Part shown: positions 59,071-64,000 of the stretch, piece by piece
Numbering within the stretch: position 1 is the stretch's first letter
How the letters are laid out: each line of letters begins with the position of its first letter
Assembly: GCA_025355955.1 (NCBI GenBank)
Contig: JANXYP010000200.1
Location: 16,125 to 80,124, forward strand
Direction: 5' to 3'
DNA: 64,000 bases
Source: Chloroflexota bacterium
Lineage (GTDB): Bacteria; Chloroflexota; Chloroflexia; QHBQ01
Notes under the pieces: model-generated
Told to the model about the DNA's origin: nothing
Seen by the model: only the letters and a program-made list of their open reading frames with translations
Databases searched by the model: none
Translations under genes and position numbers: made by a program

Positions 59071-59229
59071 ATGCGTTTCAAAGTTGTACTCGAGCCAGAC
59101 AAAAACGGCTACACTATCTACGTCCCTGCGCTACCTGGCTGTATTAGCGAGGGTAAGACCGAGGCGTAGGCGCTTACTAACATCCAAGAGGCTATCGAAC
59201 TTTATTTGGAGCCTGTAGAGGAAGATTAG
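59071..59229 (+). pseudogene. HicB-like antitoxin remnant with in-frame TAG (codon 33) and a short C-terminus
   Basis: ATG 59071 preceded by AAGGGGGG. Translation MRFKVVLEPDKNGYTIYVPALPGCISEGKTEA*ALTNIQEAIELYLEPVEED* matches the HicB N-terminal consensus across the stop (gag to tag). No hicA nearby. Confidence 0.5.
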
Positions 59230-59239
59230 CAGAAAGCGC

Positions 59240-59274
59240 CAATCTGCAATCTGCAATCTGCAATCTACAATCAG
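59240..59274. repeat. Heptamer tandem repeat (caatctg)x5 in the hmgA leader
   Basis: ccaatctgcaatctgcaatctgcaatctacaatcagg. Confidence 0.85.
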
Positions 59275-59289
59275 GAAAGAGGGGCAACG

Positions 59290-60489
59290 ATGCCTTATTA
59301 CAAGAAAATGGGGAACATCCCCCACAAGCGGCACACCATCTTCCGCCGCCCCGACGGCAAGCTCTACACCGAGGAGTTGTTTGGGGTGGAGGGCTTTAGC
59401 GGGATTGCCAGCCTGCTCTACCACTACAACCCGCCAGTGCGGGCGGTACGCATCCAGCCCTGCCCGGAGATGAGCGCTGCGCTCACCCCCAAAGTCGCGC
59501 CGCAGGATGTGCAGCGCCATCACCACCTAAAGACTGGCGCGCTGCCCGCCGGTGGCGACCCCATCCAGGCGCGGCGCATCCTGATGTTCAACAACGACAT
59601 CCGCATGGCCCTGGCCCGCCCCACCGAGCAGATGCCCTACTACTACCGCAACTCCCAGGCTGACGAGATGTATTTCATCCACCAGGGGCGCGGCGTGTTC
59701 GAGACCGTCTTCGGCAACCTGCCCTACGAGCCGGGCGATTACGTCATCCTGCCGCATGGCACCACCTACCGCGTGGTGTTGGACAATGCCAACAGCCCAG
59801 AGGGGCAGCGCTGGTTCGTCAGCGAGGCGAAGGGGCGTATCGAAGTGCCGCATCGTTACCAGAATCAATACGGTCAACTGCTGGAACACTCACCTTTCTG
59901 CGAACGCGACATCAGCGGGCCAGCCGAGCTAGCGCCGATCATCGAAGACCCCCAGACGGGGCGCGAGTACGAGGTGGTAGTGCGCGCCGCCGATATGGTC
60001 ACGGCGTACTACTACGAAACCCACCCTCTGGACGTGGTTGGCTGGGATGGCTATCTCTATCCCTGGCGCTTCAACATCCGCGACTTCGAGCCGATAACTG
60101 GCCGCATCCACCAGCCACCGCCCGTGCATCAGACCTTCCAGGGGCCAAACTTCGTAGTCTGCTCGTTCGTGCCACGCAAGTTCGACTATCATCCCGAAGG
60201 CATCCCCGCGCCCTACAACCACAGCAACATCGACAGCGAGGAGATGATCTACTACGTCAACGGCAACTTCATGTCGCGCAAGGGCATGGAGATTGGGAGC
60301 ATCACCATGCACCCGCACGGCATCCCACATGGCCCAGCGCCCGGCGCAGCCGAGGCTAGCATCGGCAAGGAAGCCACCGAGGAACTGGCGGTGATGATTG
60401 ACACCTTCCATCCTGTCTACTACACCGAAGCGGCGATGGAGATTGACGACCCCAGCTATCCTCTTAGCTGGTACGAGAACGACAAGTAA
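59290..60489 (+). CDS. hmgA: Homogentisate 1,2-dioxygenase
   Basis: 399 aa cupin-fold protein. N-terminal MPYYKKMGNIPHKRHTIFRRPDGKLYTEELFGVEGFSG and His/Glu iron ligands are typical of bacterial HGD. Confidence 0.75.
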   Translation: MPYYKKMGNIPHKRHTIFRRPDGKLYTEELFGVEGFSGIASLLYHYNPPVRAVRIQPCPEMSAALTPKVAPQDVQRHHHLKTGALPAGGDPIQARRILMFNNDIRMALARPTEQMPYYYRNSQADEMYFIHQGRGVFETVFGNLPYEPGDYVILPHGTTYRVVLDNANSPEGQRWFVSEAKGRIEVPHRYQNQYGQLLEHSPFCERDISGPAELAPIIEDPQTGREYEVVVRAADMVTAYYYETHPLDVVGWDGYLYPWRFNIRDFEPITGRIHQPPPVHQTFQGPNFVVCSFVPRKFDYHPEGIPAPYNHSNIDSEEMIYYVNGNFMSRKGMEIGSITMHPHGIPHGPAPGAAEASIGKEATEELAVMIDTFHPVYYTEAAMEIDDPSYPLSWYENDK

Positions 60490-60509
60490 GCAAACCAGGA
60501 GGAGCAAAC

Positions 60510-60680
60510 ATGGACGATAACGTTAATACCAGGACCGCTACGCCCGACGCTGATCAAGCGGCAGAGGGTGAAGAGCTAAACCAGCGCTGGACGGTCGACG
60601 AAGATGGCGTGGTCAGCCTGGCGGAGGATGACGACCAGCCCGATCTTGCCGATAACCCCGATGCCAACGACGCACCATAG
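60510..60680 (+). CDS. Small acidic hypothetical protein (56 aa)
   Basis: ATG with AGGAGG 7 nt upstream. MDDNVNTRTATPDADQAAEGEELNQRWTVDEDGVVSLAEDDDQPDLADNPDANDAP. Below the ORF-track length cutoff. Confidence 0.35.
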   Translation: MDDNVNTRTATPDADQAAEGEELNQRWTVDEDGVVSLAEDDDQPDLADNPDANDAP

Positions 60681-60777
60681 CCCAGGCCAGCATAGTCGTC
60701 GTAAAGAGATTGGCCCACCATGTTTTATTTGGCGGGCCAATCTTTTCTCTTCTGGCTTGAGTGCAGGCTACCCCCTT

Positions 60778-60962
60778 ATACCAATTAGCCGCGCAGCTAG
60801 TACAAATTGGACCAGGGCGAACAACGGTTCGCCTAACAGATCGCCGAACAGAATGGACCAGGGCGAACAACGGTTCGCCTAACAGATCGCCGAACAGAAT
60901 GGACCAGGGCGAACAACGGTTCGCCCCTACAGAACTATGGCATCGCCTCGGCTAATTGGTAT
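60778..60962. mobile_element. MITE-like element family 1 with three tandem copies of the core (43-bp unit ggaccagggcgaacaacggttcgcctaacagatcgccgaacagaat)
   Basis: TIRs ataccaattagccg … cggctaattggtat as at the other family-1 loci. The internal core is triplicated. Confidence 0.75.
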
Positions 60963-60984
60963 TACTCAAAACTCAGTATTGTTC

Positions 60985-61458
60985 TCACCCTCGCAGTGAG
61001 CCAATCAGCCGCATAGGGTTCAGCAGCAGATCGAGCGCGTCGGTGATGTTGCGGGCCACAATGTCGGCGTTCTCCATCGCCTCGTTCGCCAACCCCTCTG
61101 GCCCCAGCACGGCAATGCCCAGCCCGGCCATGAACAACATCGCGCCGTCGTTCGCGCCATTGCCAATTGCCACTACGTTGTGCGCCCCCAGGCCACCCAC
61201 ATAGATTGCCTTCTGCTCTGCTCCTATATGATCCTTATCGAGCAGGTGCAACTCCACCCCCAGCTGTTGGGCGACTGCAGTGGCCGTGCCTAGTGTATCA
61301 GCACTCAGCAATACAATGTGTAGCTGCCCACCCAACCTCTTGAGGCGCTCATCCACCCCGGCAATTATTTCACCGTCCAGTGTGATCGTGCCATTGATGT
61401 CTAGGGCCAGATGCTCCAGCCGCAGCTTCTTCCAGTTGGGAACCTCAATCTCGATCAT
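60985..61458 (-). CDS. HAD-superfamily hydrolase resembling the soluble P-type-ATPase-like HAD module (COG4087-like)
   Basis: 157 aa. DINGTITLDG (motif I-like) and VVAIGNGANDGAMLFMAGLGIAV (motif IV GDGxND-like). Confidence 0.5.
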   Translation of the reverse strand: MIEIEVPNWKKLRLEHLALDINGTITLDGEIIAGVDERLKRLGGQLHIVLLSADTLGTATAVAQQLGVELHLLDKDHIGAEQKAIYVGGLGAHNVVAIGNGANDGAMLFMAGLGIAVLGPEGLANEAMENADIVARNITDALDLLLNPMRLIGSLRG

Positions 61459-61589
61459 CGTGTCCGCCTCTCATTGTCCACTGTCGTCTACTATCCTGTC
61501 GGTGTTCTCATTGTACATCGTATTGCCCCCGCTGTCAAAGGCCGCCATTATATAAGGGTGTGTTACTAGTTATTCGGTGGTTAGCTCTC

Positions 61590-61615
61590 TCATCAGGGCG
61601 GGCCACCGCCCGCCC
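61590..61615 (+). repeat. REP-like hairpin gggcgggccaccgcccgcccctac
   Basis: GC stem plus CTAC, same architecture as the superfamily. Confidence 0.6.
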
Positions 61616-61717
61616 CTACGTTTATCCAATAACTTGTATCACACCCCTTACATCAGCATCGGTGCAGGGTGAGGGGGTGTATGCCGTCCACCCCTACTGC
61701 AGATGCTTATTCAGGCT

Positions 61718-62050
61718 TCATCCCTTGCGTAGCGAATACTCCGCCGGGGCGAAGAAGACCAGCACGCGCAGCTCCTCGCTAATGCTATGGAAGCAATGCT
61801 CAACCTCTGCGGCAACGAACACCACTGCCCCAGCGGCTACCGCACTGTCCTCTGCGCCGACTCGAATCTGCCCGCTGCCGCTGATTACGTAGTAAACCTC
61901 ATCCTCGCTATGCGGCTGCTGTGGATCCGTACCGCCAGGGGGCAACACGTAGAGACCGATACTGAGCGATGACTCGCGCAGGAACTCCAGATAAAGGCGG
62001 CCTGACTCGGCCTGCTGCGCGGCTAGCTGTTCGATGGTAAAGATGTCCAC
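61718..62050 (-). CDS. Cupin domain protein
   Basis: 110 aa. Conserved-barrel motifs (…PHSEDEVYYVISGSG…GAVVFVAAEVEHCFH…). Confidence 0.5.
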   Translation of the reverse strand: MDIFTIEQLAAQQAESGRLYLEFLRESSLSIGLYVLPPGGTDPQQPHSEDEVYYVISGSGQIRVGAEDSAVAAGAVVFVAAEVEHCFHSISEELRVLVFFAPAEYSLRKG

Positions 62051-62051
62051 G

Positions 62052-62480
62052 TTAATAATCCCCTCTCTTTTTCACTGCAACAAGTATGGTGAAATCGCGC
62101 ACCCGCCAGCCGATACTGGTGCTGACCATCTGCGCCTGCAGCACTGGCGCAGTGGGTTGCCAGTCGCCCGCGCCGCTGCGTAGCTCCACCGTCACCGTCA
62201 CAAGTACGCTTGCACCCTCGTCGGTGTTCGGGGTGGGAGTAGCTGATAGCGGCGTAAAGATCGCCTTTGGGTTACGCACATCGTAACCGTGCAGCGTGTT
62301 TGCCACCGCCGCGATGCTTGCCTCATTCTCCGCCGTAATCTGACGCGGCAGCCAGTACGCCTGCGCGTTGTCCGTGGCACCCTCGTGGAGGAAAAAGAAA
62401 AAGTTGAGCGTGGCCGCCTCCGGTGTAATCGTCGGCTGCATCGGTTCGCCACATCCCGACAATAGCGATACAAGCAGCAA
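62052..62480 (-). CDS. Hypothetical lipoprotein (…AWFIAALLLVSLLSGCGEP…); start codon unresolved
   Basis: Lipobox LLSGC is clear, but no in-frame ATG/GTG lies upstream. A TTG at 62480 would leave only 8 signal residues. The ORF-track N-terminus (to 62822) translates two family-4 repeat units (SKKPPAGVGGE x2). Possible frameshift or 5'-end duplication. Confidence 0.3.
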   Translation of the reverse strand: MLLVSLLSGCGEPMQPTITPEAATLNFFFFLHEGATDNAQAYWLPRQITAENEASIAAVANTLHGYDVRNPKAIFTPLSATPTPNTDEGASVLVTVTVELRSGAGDWQPTAPVLQAQMVSTSIGWRVRDFTILVAVKKRGDY

Positions 62481-62499
62481 GGCCGCGATGAACCATGCT

Positions 62500-62640
62500 C
62501 GTCCAGCATTGAGGGGGGTTCGAGATTCTCCCCCAACCCCCGCTGGGGGCTTTTTGCTGATGATGAACCATGCTCGTTCAACATTGAGCTGGGTTCGATA
62601 TTCTCCCCCAACCCCCGCTGGGGGCTTTTTGCTAACGTGC
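62500..62640. repeat. Two tandem ~75-bp family-4 repeats (inverse orientation relative to 58330..58440). Each includes the hairpin cccccgctggggg + cttttt and the first codons of the adjacent lipoprotein signal peptide.
   Basis: atgaaccatgctcgtccagcattgaggggggttcgagattctcccccaacccccgctgggggctttttgctg, repeated with variants. Confidence 0.7.
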
Positions 62641-62748
62641 TGGTTTAGTCCTGGGTTGCTTGACAAGCGTAGCCCCCCTGCCTTATAATCCCTCATAATT
62701 TGTTCGCCGGTTGGAGTAATTGGGCAACAGGCTGAAGGAGAATCGAAC

Positions 62749-63411
62749 GTGACACAGAATAATACCGAACAGGCGCGTCCCACCCGCATCGTTGCCGCCG
62801 ACGACGAGCCACTTATTCGCATGAACCTGCGCGAGACGCTTAACAGCCTCGGTTATGAGGTGGTGGGCGAGGCGGGCGATGGTAGCCAGGCAGTCAAGCT
62901 GGCCCGCGAGTTGCGACCAGACATCGTGATTATGGACATCAAGATGCCGGAGATGGACGGTATCGAGGCGGCTCACATCCTGACTAGTGAACAGATCGCC
63001 CCTGTCCTGCTGCTGACCGCCTACAGCGATCGTGAGCTGATTGAGCGGGCTAAGGGTGCAGGGGTGATGAACTACCTGGTCAAGCCCTTCCGTGAAGAGA
63101 GCCTGACCCCCGCCATCGAAGTGACGCTGGCGACCTGGAGCAGTATGCAGCAACTCGATCAACAGGTGGACAGTCTACAGGGCCAGCTTGATACCACCCA
63201 GGGTGAGCTAGGCAGTCTGCGTGAGCAGCTCGAGGCCCGCAAGATGATCGAGCGGGCGAAGGGGCTGCTGATGCAGCGCAAAGGCATCAGCGAACAGGAA
63301 GCCTTCCGCATCGTGCAGAAGCGCAGCATGGACTCGCGCAAGTCCATGCGCGAGGTGGCGAAGGAGATCATTGATGCTTACTCGCTGACCGACGACCTGG
63401 AAAAGCAATGA
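62749..63411 (+). CDS. ANTAR-domain response regulator (REC + ANTAR; AmiR/NasT-like RNA-binding antiterminator)
   Basis: GTG start with AAGGAG upstream. REC acid pocket (…VAADDEP…IVIMDIKMPEMDG…). C-terminal ANTAR helix pair (…EARKMIERAKGLLMQRKGISEQEAFRIVQKRSMD…). Confidence 0.75.
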   Translation: MTQNNTEQARPTRIVAADDEPLIRMNLRETLNSLGYEVVGEAGDGSQAVKLARELRPDIVIMDIKMPEMDGIEAAHILTSEQIAPVLLLTAYSDRELIERAKGAGVMNYLVKPFREESLTPAIEVTLATWSSMQQLDQQVDSLQGQLDTTQGELGSLREQLEARKMIERAKGLLMQRKGISEQEAFRIVQKRSMDSRKSMREVAKEIIDAYSLTDDLEKQ

Positions 63412-63515
63412 TGAATGGTGAATGGTAAATGGTAAATGAAAAGCAAGGTGCCTCCACGGGCTTGCTTTCTTGCTGATTAACCTGATTTACCATTCACCAT
63501 TTACCATTCACCATT
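63412..63515. terminator. Composite bidirectional terminator-like structure between convergent genes: (gaatggt/aaatggt)x4, hairpin aagcaaggtgcctccacgggcttgctt + tcttgc, (accattc/accattt)x4
   Basis: The two heptamer arrays are near reverse complements, so they can extend the central hairpin into a ~28-bp outer stem. Confidence 0.55.
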
Positions 63516-64000
63516 TGGTTCAGCTGCTCCAGCCCATCCACGCAGCGTGGGCCGGGGCGGAGCAGCGCGTCGTCAATTGGGTAGACTTTGCCGCTCTTGA
63601 CCGGGGCAAGGTCTTGCCATGCTTGCGACCGCGACTTCACCTCATTGGCGGTTATACCTATGCTGGCATCGCCGAGGATGATCAGGTCAGGGGGGCGCTG
63701 CTGCAAATCGCCCAGCTTGACCGTGACCAGGCTGCCGCTAACCACGGTCGTGGGTGCGAGGGCGCTATCCAGGTTGTCGCTACCAGCGGTGGGTTGGGCC
63801 ACTGCAAGGTCGTTTACATAGTTGCTGCCGCCCGCCGCCACGATCAGCCCGGCGACGAACGTGTTGGGCGCAACCGTCAGCGGCGTATCCAGGTTGCTGG
63901 CATCCACCTCGTAGAACACTAGCGGGCGTTTGCTTTGCGCCCCTACTTTGGCCCGCATCGCCTCGAGCCGCGCCTGCATCGCCTTGCCCAGCGTGTCCGC
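63494..64000 (-). CDS. 3'-portion of a periplasmic binding protein gene (BtuF / Fe3+-siderophore PBP-like); N-terminus lies beyond the window end
   Basis: …FYEVDASNLDTPLTVAPNTFVAGLIVAAGGSNYV…IILGDASIGITANEVKSRSQAWQDLAPVKSGKVYPIDDAL is the typical C-terminal lobe of class III PBPs. No signal peptide is present in the window part. Confidence 0.5.
   Translation of the reverse strand, partial: ADTLGKAMQARLEAMRAKVGAQSKRPLVFYEVDASNLDTPLTVAPNTFVAGLIVAAGGSNYVNDLAVAQPTAGSDNLDSALAPTTVVSGSLVTVKLGDLQQRPPDLIILGDASIGITANEVKSRSQAWQDLAPVKSGKVYPIDDALLRPGPRCVDGLEQLNQMVNGKW

Noticed and set aside
59167-59169. TAG in the HicB-like ORF as programmed read-through or a non-standard amino acid
   Set aside because: No SECIS- or PYLIS-like context, and nothing suggests a recoded genome (TAG terminates many clear genes here). 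A point nonsense mutation or sequencing error is simpler.
1-64000. tRNA, rRNA, integrase, transposase and CRISPR-Cas genes
   Set aside because: By inspection I found no cloverleaf-like tRNA candidates with conserved T-loop (GTTCGA-like) context, no rRNA-like tracts, and no recombinase or transposase ORFs. The mobile-looking repeats are all non-autonomous. A tRNAscan or Infernal run would be needed to be certain.

Overview
This is a high-GC (~62-65%) bacterial chromosomal window, gene-dense on both strands, with no rRNA, tRNA, CRISPR array, integrase or transposase recognisable by eye. The gene content (SLH-anchored surface proteins, DUF4388, ANTAR regulator, TIGR03960-like radical SAM protein, UvrA2) suggests a Chloroflexota- or Deinococcota-like organism, but that is inference. 

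Housekeeping genes: a DUF885 protein, MurG, an endonuclease-III-like glycosylase, a radical SAM protein, a DPPF-motif methyltransferase, a carbohydrate ABC transporter (binding protein plus two permeases), a rhodanese sulfurtransferase, a NiaR regulator, UvrA2, an ECF sigma/anti-sigma pair, Lon, a PQQ sugar dehydrogenase, a tyrosine-catabolism cluster (hppD, FAH-family, hmgA) and an ANTAR response regulator. 

Accessory content: (1) a ~18-kb cell-envelope locus with a tandem-duplicated two-gene cassette (DUF1080 lipoprotein + BNR-repeat/SLH protein whose C-terminal module differs: cupredoxin vs IPT/TIG), two tandem paralogous multi-TM membrane proteins, an SGNH hydrolase and a ~1600-aa SLH-anchored S8 protease; (2) a 1.1-kb low-GC (~43%) single-gene island encoding an HNH nuclease with an uncharacterised N-terminal domain, a candidate modification-dependent restriction enzyme; (3) a 1358-aa PHP + AlbA_2 (Schlafen-like) protein with [12 protein letters not shown] tandem repeats, operonic with a DUF45/YgjP-like metallopeptidase and immediately downstream of lon; (4) a DUF4258/YgiT-zinc-finger toxin-antitoxin-like pair and a HicB-like antitoxin remnant with an in-frame TAG; (5) an AMP-nucleosidase-like PNP-family protein with a ~400-aa N-terminal extension. 

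The strongest overall signal is repeat load: about 30 REP-like GC hairpins sharing a terminal GTAG (GGGCG-loop-CGCCC-CTAC), nested inside at least two MITE-like families with terminal inverted repeats, further families of 60-180-bp repeats, and at least 10 heptanucleotide tandem-repeat arrays at gene boundaries. Several repeats are translated in frame inside genes (the S8 protease linker, the C-terminus of a TPR protein, the N-terminus of a lipoprotein).
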